DNA from: Massilicoli timonensis
GTDB taxonomy: Bacteria; Bacillota_I; Bacilli_A; Erysipelotrichales; Erysipelotrichaceae
Length of the DNA: 32,000 nucleotides
Direction: 5' to 3'
Assembly (NCBI RefSeq): GCF_900199515.1
Contig: NZ_LT963434.1
Location: forward strand, 1,892,180-1,924,179
Shown piece by piece: positions 24,840-32,000 of this stretch (positions within the stretch are counted from its first letter, which is position 1; each line of letters starts with the position of its first letter). The position numbers and the translations under genes are program-made. The notes beneath the pieces were generated by a model. It saw nothing but the letters and a program-made list of their open reading frames with translations. It ran no database searches and was not told the DNA's origin.

Positions 24840-25574
24840 ATGAAACAGATCGAGTATTATGAAATTCTAAAAGATCAATTAGATCGACAAGTGCATGAGG
24901 AGGCAGATGCAATCGAAAAAGCGGCTCAATATTGTGCCGAATCGGTTTGTAAAAAGCGATTGATCCATGTATTTGGGTGCGGACATTCTCAAATGTTTGC
25001 CATGGAGGTATTTTATCGTGCCGGGGGATTGGTTCCGGTCAATGCGTTGCTGATTCCTCATTTGGCACTGTTCCCGAAGGCAAAACTGAGCACTTTACAG
25101 GAACGTGTGGAAGGGTTTAGCGCTGATTACTTAAAGCTGGAAAATGTATCGAGCGATGACACAATGATCATCGTATCCATTTCCGGAAGAAATGCCGGAG
25201 TGATCGACATGGCGCTTGCCGCAAAAGAAATCGGTATGAAGGTCATCGTTTTGGTTTCAAAAGCATTTTCATCAAGTGTATCGAGCCGTCACAGCTCTGG
25301 GAAAAACTTAAGAGAGGTGGCAGATGTGGTAATTGATGTGAAGTGTGTTTGCGGTGATGCCTGCTTATCCATAGAGGGAATGGAGACGAATTTTACAGGA
25401 ACATCAACGATCTTAGGGATGACGGTCATGAACAGCATCATGGCAAGAACAGTTGAACTGTGTGTGGAAAAAGGCGTCATTCCACCGGTTTATGTAAGCA
25501 GCAATCTTGATAAGGGAGATGCGATCAATGCAGAGTACATCAAACAATATGGTGATTTGATCGACTGTCTGTAA
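24840..25574 (+). CDS. SIS-domain protein (UPF0309-like sugar-phosphate isomerase/binding fold)
   Basis: 244 aa. Motifs VFGCGHSQM and IIVSISGRNAG are typical of SIS phosphosugar-binding domains. Embedded between EIIA and EIIB. Confidence 0.75.
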   Translation: MKQIEYYEILKDQLDRQVHEEADAIEKAAQYCAESVCKKRLIHVFGCGHSQMFAMEVFYRAGGLVPVNALLIPHLALFPKAKLSTLQERVEGFSADYLKLENVSSDDTMIIVSISGRNAGVIDMALAAKEIGMKVIVLVSKAFSSSVSSRHSSGKNLREVADVVIDVKCVCGDACLSIEGMETNFTGTSTILGMTVMNSIMARTVELCVEKGVIPPVYVSSNLDKGDAINAEYIKQYGDLIDCL

Positions 25575-25595
25575 AAAGTGAGGAGGTGAAGAAAA

Positions 25596-25877
25596 ATGTT
25601 GAAGATCATTACAGTATGTGGGCTTGGCGTCGGTTCTTCTTTAATTATGAAAATGACCGTAGACAGTGCATGTGCGCAGTTAGGCGTCAAATGCGGCATT
25701 GAACACTGGGATATGGGTACCGTGAAAGGAAAACCTTGTGATTTGATCGTTACGACTAATGAGTTCAAGAAGAATTTTCAAGATCAGGAAAATGTTGTTT
25801 ATTTGACAAATATGGTGGATGTGAAGGAAGCGAAAGAAAAACTAGAAGTGTATTTTCAGGAGCATGGGATTTTATAA
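25596..25877 (+). CDS. PTS EIIB component, ascorbate (SgaB/UlaB) type
   Basis: 93 aa. N-terminal MLKIITVCGLGVGSS with the phospho-Cys. Confidence 0.85.
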   Translation: MLKIITVCGLGVGSSLIMKMTVDSACAQLGVKCGIEHWDMGTVKGKPCDLIVTTNEFKKNFQDQENVVYLTNMVDVKEAKEKLEVYFQEHGIL

Positions 25878-25898
25878 AATAACTAGGAGGAAAAGGAT

Positions 25899-27230
25899 AT
25901 GTTAGATTTTTTATTAAACATCATGAAAACGCCGGCCATCGTATTAGGGCTGGTGGCTTTGATCGGATTATTGTTGCAAAAGAAAAATGTCGGACAAGTA
26001 TTTTCAGGGACGGTAAAAACAGCGTTGGGAATGTTGGTATTAAGTGCGGGTTCCAGTTTGATCGTTTCGGAAATATCGCCTTTTGTAGATTTATTTTCAT
26101 TAGTATTTCATTTGGAAGGATTTGCGACTTCTTCAGAGGCAGTTGTCGGCGCCATGCAGAATGCCGTGCCGGTCATTGCCAGTACCAGTGCCATCATTAT
26201 GGCGGTCGGTTTCCTTGTGAATGTGGTAATTGCCCGGTTCAGTCCACTGAAATATATTTTCTTGACCGGACATATGATGTGGATCTTATCTGTTGCGATT
26301 GCCGGCAGTTTGTATGCGGCTTCATTTAGTGAAACGATGATCATGGTTGTCGGTTCTGTGCTGCAGGGGGTGCTGATGGTTGTCCTTCCGGCAATCGGAC
26401 AGCCGACGGTTCGCAAAGTGACAGGCAGCGATCATTTCGCCATTGCACATTTGACAATGTTAGGTACGGTTCCGGCTGCTTATGTAGGTGGCTGGTTAGG
26501 CGATAAGAACAAAAATGCAGAGGATATAAAGCTCCCTGAATCGCTTGAATTTTTTAAGGATACCTCGATGTCAGTGTCGATCGTGATGGGTGTATTCTAT
26601 TTATTGGTTGTCATTTTGGCCGGACCGGAAGCGGTTGCCGGATATGCCGGGGATCAGAATTATATCGTGTATGGCATCTTAAAAGCATTGGGATTCACAG
26701 CCGGTATTTTGATCTTATTGCAAGGTGTTCGTATGTTCCTTGGCGAATTGGTGCCTGCCTTTAAGGGAATCTCTGACAAATTAGTGCCTGGTGCGATTCC
26801 TGCGCTAGATGTTCCTGCTTTATTTGCTTATGCGCCGAATAGTTTAATGATCGGGTTTGTTACGGCGGTAATCGGCATGATCGCTGGTATGTTCGTATCA
26901 TCCGCACTATTCAAAGTGGTTCCGCTCGTATCTATCATCGGTGCATTCTTCACTGGGGGCGTTGCCGGTATTTTCGGTAATGCGCGAGGTGGAACCCGCG
27001 GTGCCGTCATTTCCGGATTGGTCTATGGATTCTTACTGATTGTCGGCTCAGGATTCTTATTTACGATCTTTGATTATGCCGTTTACGGTGCGGCAGGAGT
27101 CGGACATGACTGCTTAGATGTCATGGCTGTTATGATCGCAATGAAGTATCCTTATATCGGTATCGCAATTATTGTTGCGGCGTTTGCACTTCTTTGTTGG
27201 AGAGAAGCGGTGAATAAAAAAACGAAATAA
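25899..27230 (+). CDS. PTS EIIC component, ascorbate (SgaT/UlaA) family
   Basis: 443 aa polytopic membrane protein. N-terminus FLLNIMKTPAIVLGLVALIGLLLQKK is typical of the family. AGGAGG SD. Confidence 0.85.
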   Translation: MLDFLLNIMKTPAIVLGLVALIGLLLQKKNVGQVFSGTVKTALGMLVLSAGSSLIVSEISPFVDLFSLVFHLEGFATSSEAVVGAMQNAVPVIASTSAIIMAVGFLVNVVIARFSPLKYIFLTGHMMWILSVAIAGSLYAASFSETMIMVVGSVLQGVLMVVLPAIGQPTVRKVTGSDHFAIAHLTMLGTVPAAYVGGWLGDKNKNAEDIKLPESLEFFKDTSMSVSIVMGVFYLLVVILAGPEAVAGYAGDQNYIVYGILKALGFTAGILILLQGVRMFLGELVPAFKGISDKLVPGAIPALDVPALFAYAPNSLMIGFVTAVIGMIAGMFVSSALFKVVPLVSIIGAFFTGGVAGIFGNARGGTRGAVISGLVYGFLLIVGSGFLFTIFDYAVYGAAGVGHDCLDVMAVMIAMKYPYIGIAIIVAAFALLCWREAVNKKTK

Positions 27231-27245
27231 GTAAATGGCATATCA

Positions 27246-27286
27246 TAAAAAATCCTTTCAATGCGTTTCGTTGAAAGGATTTTTTC
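27246..27286. terminator. Bidirectional terminator (PTS EIIC on +, tRNA-Leu on -)
   Basis: AATCCTTTCAA (27251-27261) pairs with TTGAAAGGATT (27271-27281). Flanked by an A-run on the 5' side and a T-run on the 3' side. Confidence 0.8.
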
Positions 27287-27353
27287 ATGTAAAGCATAGG
27301 AGCAGCCTATAAAAAAACTCCAATCCCTTAATGGACTGGAAATATCTGAAAAA

Positions 27354-27436
27354 TGGTGCGGGCGAAGGGACTCGAACCCCCACGGTTGCCCGCCAGATCC
27401 TAAGTCTGGTGCGTCTGCCAATTTCGCCACGCCCGC
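27354..27436 (-). tRNA. tRNA-Leu (anticodon UAG), CCA encoded
   Basis: The reverse complement reads GCGGGCGTGGCGAAATTGGCAGACGCACCAGACTTAGGATCTGG...GTGGGGGTTCGAGTCCCTTCGCCCGCACCA. It has a long variable arm and is near-identical in outline to B. subtilis tRNA-Leu(UAG). Confidence 0.9.
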
Positions 27437-27478
27437 ATAGTTTAACGATGCGCGCCAAGATGCGCTACATGCAGTGGT

Positions 27479-27507
27479 AGTATAGCATACAAATGATTAC
27501 CTGTCAA
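27479..27507 (-). promoter_or_regulatory. Promoter of tRNA-Leu
   Basis: Minus strand: TTGACA (27507-27502), 17 nt spacer, TATACT (27484-27479). Confidence 0.65.
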
Positions 27508-27582
27508 AAGCAATCGTGAAAAAACACTTCAGAGAAATAGAAATGTGATACAATAGCCTTGATGAATAATGGAGATGAAAGT

Positions 27583-28716
27583 ATGGATGTAGAACTGATC
27601 TGTGTCGGAACAGAATTGCTGCTGGGAGAAATCGTCAATACCAATGCGGCGTATATCGCAAAGCGTTTGGCAGAAGAAGGCATGAATTTATATCATGCAT
27701 GTGTGGTCGGCGATAATCCCAAACGCTTAAAAGCAGCGCTGGAGCTGGCATTTTCCCGAAGTGATCTGATCATTACGACAGGAGGCCTTGGCCCTACTGC
27801 AGATGATGTTACCAAAGAAGTGATCGCTGATCTGCTGGGGCAGCGTTTGGTGTTTGATGCGGCCGCTTATGAGAACCTGATAAAGCGCTTAAAGGCGAAT
27901 GTAAAAGATGCGAAGATCAGTGAAAATAATCGCAAGCAGGCTTTGGTGCCGGAAGGCTGTGATGTATATGAAAATGAGTACGGCACAGCACCGGGATTTC
28001 ACTGCACCGTTCAAAACAAGCATATCATTGTCCTGCCCGGTCCGCCAAAAGAAATGCGGGCAATGTTTGAAACTGAGGTAACACCGTTTTTACGGACACA
28101 GAGCCATCTGTTTTATGCACGCCGCATGGTAAAAACACATGGCTTAAAAGAATCGACGATCAGTGAATATTTACAAAGCCATATGGAACAGAAAAATCCT
28201 ACGGTCGCGACCTATGCGAAGCCATATGGCACTGATGTGAGGGTCATGGCTTCTGCGTCATCGCTGCATCAGGCAGAACAGATGTGTGAATCCTGTGCGG
28301 CAGAGGTCTGTGCCATTCTAAAAGATGCGGTATATTCCATAGACGGCATGTCGTTAGAGGAAACGGCGATCGCCCATTTACAAGAATGCGGTCTTAAATT
28401 GATGATCGTGGATGGCGGCAGCCGCGGCGTCCTGCTTTCTTTGTTGGGAAAAGGTGCGATGGAGGAAGTGCTTTTGGATTATCGGCTCATGCATACAACT
28501 GTTTCATCACCTTTATTGGCAGCAGAAGATAAAAGCAAAGAGATCTTAACGGTTTCTATTGCTTCACCAAAGATGGATGCAGACGGGAAAATGAATGTTA
28601 CAATCACTTATCAAGGGGCGATAGATGAACAGGAAATCATTTCTTCCTATCAGGATGGCGAGGGTTTTTATAACCGGATCAGCTATGCCGTGCTCGATCG
28701 TATCAGACGAATTTAG
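27583..28716 (+). CDS. cinA: CinA-like competence/damage-inducible protein (MoCF-type N-domain, divergent C-terminal PncC-like domain)
   Basis: N-terminus MDVELICVGTELLLGEIVNTNAAYIAKRL...ITTGGLGPTADDVTKE. GGAG lies 8 nt before ATG 27583; the ORF-track start at 27559 has no SD. TGtGATACAAT extended -10 at 27545-27554. Confidence 0.85.
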   Translation: MDVELICVGTELLLGEIVNTNAAYIAKRLAEEGMNLYHACVVGDNPKRLKAALELAFSRSDLIITTGGLGPTADDVTKEVIADLLGQRLVFDAAAYENLIKRLKANVKDAKISENNRKQALVPEGCDVYENEYGTAPGFHCTVQNKHIIVLPGPPKEMRAMFETEVTPFLRTQSHLFYARRMVKTHGLKESTISEYLQSHMEQKNPTVATYAKPYGTDVRVMASASSLHQAEQMCESCAAEVCAILKDAVYSIDGMSLEETAIAHLQECGLKLMIVDGGSRGVLLSLLGKGAMEEVLLDYRLMHTTVSSPLLAAEDKSKEILTVSIASPKMDADGKMNVTITYQGAIDEQEIISSYQDGEGFYNRISYAVLDRIRRI

Positions 28717-28863
28717 GGAAATAGGGGAAACAGCTCCGACAAAAAGAGTGTGCCTGATGAGAAAAACATTTCTTGAATTGATGTTCCAGATGGAGACCAT
28801 TCTTTACAAGAACAGCTATTATCGGATCGATTTAGAAATATTTTCTCTAACAGCACACCTTCT

Positions 28864-29226
28864 TTATGAGGATAAAGCCAGTGCGATATGCCAAATGACA
28901 GCAGCAAGCAGCAGCAGTGATGCAAGCTGGTGTACCTTTCGCCAAAGCAAAGGGGAGAGACGGCGCAGCGGATAAGGCAGGATCAATAGCGCCAATAATA
29001 CCAAGATCATGATCGATTCTAAGGAAAAGCGCTTTTCCAGTTTTCCATGAAATACGCTGCATAAAAGCAATAAGATCCCTAAGGGGATATGCATACGTTT
29101 TAAGAGGCAAGCCGGCTTGCGCATTTTTGGATAACGAGCAGCCAATCGTGTGAAGCATGGCAGCAGCAGTAACAACGCCAGGCATAAGACGGCGAGCCAT
29201 GCCAATAATTGTGAGATAGAAAACAT
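28864..29226 (-). CDS. Small hydrophobic membrane protein, unknown function
   Basis: About 120 aa with about 4 predicted TM helices (LLAWLAVLCLALLLLL, IPLGILLLLCSVF, IMILVLLALLIL, LASLLLLAAVIW). AGGAG lies 9 nt before the ATG (complement of 29224-29226). Chosen over the overlapping frames 28847..29200 (-) and 28625..28975 (+). Confidence 0.5.
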   Translation of the reverse strand: MFSISQLLAWLAVLCLALLLLLPCFTRLAARYPKMRKPACLLKRMHIPLGILLLLCSVFHGKLEKRFSLESIMILVLLALLILPYPLRRLSPLLWRKVHQLASLLLLAAVIWHIALALSS

Positions 29227-29242
29227 TGATAACAACTCCTTT

Positions 29243-29260
29243 AGTTAGTTTTAACTAACT
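29243..29260. promoter_or_regulatory. 8-2-8 perfect inverted repeat AGTTAGTT-tt-AACTAACT
   Basis: Read directly from the sequence. It sits just upstream of the SD of the 28864..29226 (-) gene. The 2-nt spacer argues for a DNA operator rather than an RNA hairpin. Confidence 0.4.
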
Positions 29261-29295
29261 TCGATAGTATAACAGAACTTATTTATCTTGGCAAT

Positions 29296-29347
29296 CCTTT
29301 TTATTGAGAAAATCATACAAGCCTTTTTATTGAGAAAATCATACAAG
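29296..29347. repeat. Perfect 26-bp tandem duplication
   Basis: CCTTTTTATTGAGAAAATCATACAAG occurs at 29296-29321 and again at 29322-29347, with no spacer and no mismatch, in the divergent intergenic region. Confidence 0.9.
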
Positions 29348-29471
29348 CATAAAAGAGGTGCAGGAAAGAAGGATCGAGATAAGACTTTCGTTAAAACTCT
29401 GTAAAAACAGTAGGCAGAATAAAAAAATAACTGTTATAATAGAGCCGGAATGAATTTGTGAGGTAGATAGA

Positions 29472-30764
29472 ATGTTTACAAGAATTTTAACAAAGCTGGG
29501 GTTTACAAAAGAAGAAATTAGCTGGATCTTATATGATGTCGGCAATTCAGCGCAGGTATTAACGACGATGACGGTTTTGTTTCCGCTTCTGATCGCAAAG
29601 ATCACACCGGGTGACAGCAGCGTCTATGTCGGATGGGCCAATACGATCTATGGTCTGATCTTGGCGTTTGCCTCGCCGATCCTTGGAACGGTCGCTGATT
29701 ATAAAGGGCAGAAGATGCGCTTGTTTAAGATCTTTCTTTATATCGGAATCATTGCCGGTTTTATTTTGGCTTTGCCTTTTATAGACTATATGACGGCGAT
29801 CGTCGTGTTCTGCATCGCCATGCTGGGTTATAATGGCACGATCATTTTCTATGATGCTTTCATCGTCGATGTGTGCGATGATGATCGAGTAGATCACGTT
29901 TCGGCAGCAGGCTATGCCTGGGGCTATATCGGTTCCACTTTGCCGTTTTTGATCTTTATCATTCCTTTTGCGATCGTAACGCTTTTTGGCGATGCGAACG
30001 GCACCGCACATATCATGGGCTTTGATCTGACCTATCGGGTGGCGGTATTTATCTCGATGTCGCTGGCAGTGCTTTGGTGGGCGATCTATTCTTTGCCGAT
30101 GTTAAAAAATGTAAAACAGAAACAGTACCATGAACCGGTCGATCATGTCGTAAAAGAATCCTTTGGCCGGTTATGGCATACGTTTAAGAATATCCGACAA
30201 AATAAAAATATCTTTTTATTCTGCTTATCTTATTTCTTTTATATCGACTGTGTCAATACCGTAATCAAAATGGCGGTTTCGCTGGCAACGGAAATGGGCA
30301 TCAGTGATGTCATGAGCCTGGTCGTCGTGATTTTGATCAATCTTCTCGCTTTTCCAAGTGCGATCTATTTTGGCAGACTGATCGAACGCTTTGGCTCTAA
30401 AAAGATGATCTTTGCGGGCATCGTCGGTTATTTAGGCGTCGTGATCGCCGGTGTTTTGATTCCTTATCATCCATCACTGATCTGGGTGGTGGCATTATTG
30501 GTAGGATTGTTTCAGGGAGGGATTCAATCCGTATCCCGCTCTTATTTTGCGAAGCTGATCCCGAATAAGGAGGATTCCAATGAATACTTTGGCTTCTTTT
30601 CCGTCTTTTCCAAATTCTCCGCAATATTAGGGCCGATGTCAATTTCCATTATTATCATGATGACCGGGGAAACGAATTTAGGTATATTGGGACTGATCCC
30701 GCTGATGCTGATCGGGGCATTTATCTTGTTATTTGTAAAAGATCCTAAATCAGAAAAGCATTAA
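29472..30764 (+). CDS. MFS transporter, UMF1/YxiO-like family
   Basis: 430 aa with about 12 TM helices. N-terminus LTKLGFTKEEISWILYDVGNSAQVLT is typical of UMF1 (ATG22-like) MFS proteins. TGtTATAAT -10 at 29432-29440. Confidence 0.8.
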   Translation: MFTRILTKLGFTKEEISWILYDVGNSAQVLTTMTVLFPLLIAKITPGDSSVYVGWANTIYGLILAFASPILGTVADYKGQKMRLFKIFLYIGIIAGFILALPFIDYMTAIVVFCIAMLGYNGTIIFYDAFIVDVCDDDRVDHVSAAGYAWGYIGSTLPFLIFIIPFAIVTLFGDANGTAHIMGFDLTYRVAVFISMSLAVLWWAIYSLPMLKNVKQKQYHEPVDHVVKESFGRLWHTFKNIRQNKNIFLFCLSYFFYIDCVNTVIKMAVSLATEMGISDVMSLVVVILINLLAFPSAIYFGRLIERFGSKKMIFAGIVGYLGVVIAGVLIPYHPSLIWVVALLVGLFQGGIQSVSRSYFAKLIPNKEDSNEYFGFFSVFSKFSAILGPMSISIIIMMTGETNLGILGLIPLMLIGAFILLFVKDPKSEKH

Positions 30765-30780
30765 GATCAAGACAATAGGA

Positions 30781-30837
30781 GCGCTTTTGTAATGGCAGGC
30801 ATGGCTTGTGCGTCTGCACACAAAAGCGTTCTTTTAT
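30781..30837 (+). terminator. Terminator after the MFS gene
   Basis: GCGCTTTTGT (30781-30790) pairs with ACAAAAGCGT (30820-30829), followed by TCTTTTAT. Confidence 0.6.
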
Positions 30838-30978
30838 ATTCTGTTTTCTTTACGATCGCTTTTTCAATCATTTCATTTGATCAAAGAAAAAGATAAAAGA
30901 ATGAGAGCATAAAAAGAGAAGAAAGCAAAACAAGGACGAAAACGCCAAGAGAAGCGATGAATAAAGAAAAAAGAATAC

Positions 30979-31007
30979 TTGACGAATTCGCAAAACAGGA
31001 TTATACT
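30979..31007 (+). promoter_or_regulatory. Promoter of the DAACS transporter leader
   Basis: TTGACG (30979-30984), 17 nt spacer, TATACT (31002-31007). Confidence 0.6.
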
Positions 31008-31029
31008 GCAAGTGTAAAAAAACAAGATG

Positions 31030-31120
31030 CCTTTAAGTTTCTCCAGAGAGGGAAGCAAGGAAGATCACATATGTTTTCAACGAGCAAACGCGTATCTTCC
31101 ATTGGTAGATGCGTTTTTTT
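31030..31120 (+). promoter_or_regulatory. PyrR-type transcription attenuator (binding hairpin, antiterminator, terminator)
   Basis: UCCAGAGAGG at 31042-31051 inside hairpin 31030-31060. The alternative pairing is CAAGGAAGAU (31056-31065) with AUCUUCC-A-UUG (31094-31104). The terminator is AAACGC(GU)AUCU (31086-31097) paired with AGAUGCGUUU (31107-31116), with a U-run to 31120. Confidence 0.6.
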
Positions 31121-31142
31121 ATAGCAAAAGGGAGGAAAGCAT

Positions 31143-32000
31143 ATGAAACAGAAAAAACAAAACAGTGCTGCCAACAAGCTGGCCATTCAAATGGCGATCG
31201 CACTGGTGCTCGGTTTGATCGCCGGTGCAGGATGTATTTTGATCCGTGAACAGATGATGGCAAACGGACAGGCAGATCTCTGGAATACGATCAACTCAGT
31301 CTTATTCCAGGATATTACGGCAGAAGACGGGGCAAACGCCTTTGGTATCTTCTACATTTTGGGGCAATTATTTATCAAAGCATTACAGTTGGTCATCGTG
31401 CCGATGGTGTTCACTTCTATTACCTTGGCGATGTGTACGATTTCCGATACGCGTAAATTAGGGCGTATTTCTTATAAAACGATCAAATACTTCCTGATTA
31501 CTTCTTTTGCGGGATTGATCGTTGCCGGAATTGTCGGTATGAGCGTTTATCATTTTGGACTGTTTGATGTGGAAGTCAGCAATCTGAGTGCAAGTGCAGG
31601 TTCTACCGGTACCAATCCTTTGCTGGTTGTCGTAAATGCGATTCCATCTAATATTATCGGGGCATTTGCGGATAACGGTGCGGTATTGTCGATCGTGTTC
31701 TTGGCAGTTGCCTTCGGACTTTCCATGCATAAACTGGGAGATAAGGTAACGGTATTAAAGAAATTCATGGAAGAGATCAATGACATCGTAACTGTCATTC
31801 TAAGCTTTGTCATTACGAAATTCGGTCCTGCCGCAATCTTTGTACTGCTTACGAGAACCTTTGCGGTATACGGCATCGAACATTTGAAACCGGCTGCCGC
31901 ATATGTCATTGCCACAACACTGACGCTGCTGGTATTCTTGATCGTCGGTTATGAGTTGTTTATCAAAGTATTTACCGGATTAAATCCGTTTAAGTTCACC
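31143..32000 (+). CDS. Dicarboxylate/amino acid:cation symporter (DAACS/SDF family), N-terminal 286 codons, runs off window
   Basis: Not in the ORF track because it is open-ended. My translation gives MKQKKQNSAANKLAIQMAIALVLGLIAGAG...GQLFIKALQLVIVPMVFTSITLAM...LSIVFLAVAFGLSM... The hydrophobic pattern and the ..L.M.V.P.VF.S.. motif are typical of GltP/TcyP/SstT-like carriers. GGGAGG SD at 31130-31135. Confidence 0.8.
   Translation, partial: MKQKKQNSAANKLAIQMAIALVLGLIAGAGCILIREQMMANGQADLWNTINSVLFQDITAEDGANAFGIFYILGQLFIKALQLVIVPMVFTSITLAMCTISDTRKLGRISYKTIKYFLITSFAGLIVAGIVGMSVYHFGLFDVEVSNLSASAGSTGTNPLLVVVNAIPSNIIGAFADNGAVLSIVFLAVAFGLSMHKLGDKVTVLKKFMEEINDIVTVILSFVITKFGPAAIFVLLTRTFAVYGIEHLKPAAAYVIATTLTLLVFLIVGYELFIKVFTGLNPFKFT

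Noticed and set aside
23440-27440. The GntR-PTS block as a horizontally acquired island inserted next to tRNA-Leu.
   Set aside because: There is no integrase, transposase or duplicated tRNA 3' end. My hand counts of single 100-nt samples (38% GC in gntR versus 44% in mutY) are too small a difference and too small a sample to support it.
28625-29200. Alternative ORFs 28625..28975 (+) and 28847..29200 (-) overlapping the small membrane-protein gene.
   Set aside because: Neither has an SD, and their translations are low-complexity (Ser/Ala/Cys-rich). The 28864..29226 frame gives four regular TM helices and has an AGGAG SD.
30840-30975. Strongly purine-rich (A/G) stretch upstream of the DAACS promoter, with minus-strand ORFs 30873..31058, 31001..31186 and 31033..31263.
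   Set aside because: The ORFs are Phe/Cys/Leu-rich mirror images of the A-rich strand and overlap the promoter and leader. The A-tracts may act as an UP-like element, but I cannot support a discrete feature.

Overview
This is a 32-kb chromosomal segment from a low-GC Gram-positive bacterium (Bacillota). By eye it is about 40-45% GC, with strong GGAGG-type ribosome binding sites (SD sequences) and many TGnTATAAT extended -10 promoters. The content is mostly housekeeping.

Gene order, left to right:
- pepF (partial; not in the ORF track because it runs off the window)
- deoD
- mutY overlapping a NUDIX gene
- an aspartokinase lacking ACT domains
- a copZ-like gene
- a DUF378 gene
- a ydcC/LolA-like gene translationally coupled to mazF, with no antitoxin gene
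- four individually promoted tRNAs: Ser-GCU, Asp-GUC, Pro-CGG, Arg-ACG
- argS
- a 660-bp structured non-coding gap
- a complete arginine deiminase operon: arcA, arcB, arcC, and a YfcC-type arcD
- a tandem-domain AraC regulator followed by a zinc-ribbon membrane protein
- htrA
- a protein with a Lys/Ala-repeat N-terminal tail
- tRNA-Glu
- a GH13-DUF1653 fusion
- a LURP/YxjI-like gene
- a lipoprotein
- a GntR regulator followed by an ascorbate-family PTS operon with an embedded SIS protein
- tRNA-Leu(UAG)
- a cinA-like gene
- a small membrane protein
- a UMF1-type MFS transporter
- a partial DAACS symporter (also not in the ORF track)

I saw no CRISPR array, rRNA, transposase, integrase or phage genes.

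The most interesting signals:
1. A leader upstream of the DAACS transporter reads as a PyrR-type attenuator, with a UCCAGAGAGG loop and alternative antiterminator and terminator hairpins.
2. An intact MazF toxin has no MazE gene.
3. The ADI operon is flanked by an AraC protein with two DNA-binding domains and preceded by a long structured leader.
4. A 16-nt operator-like motif is shared by the GntR promoter and the PTS promoter.

All family assignments rest on motif recognition from memory. No searches were run.
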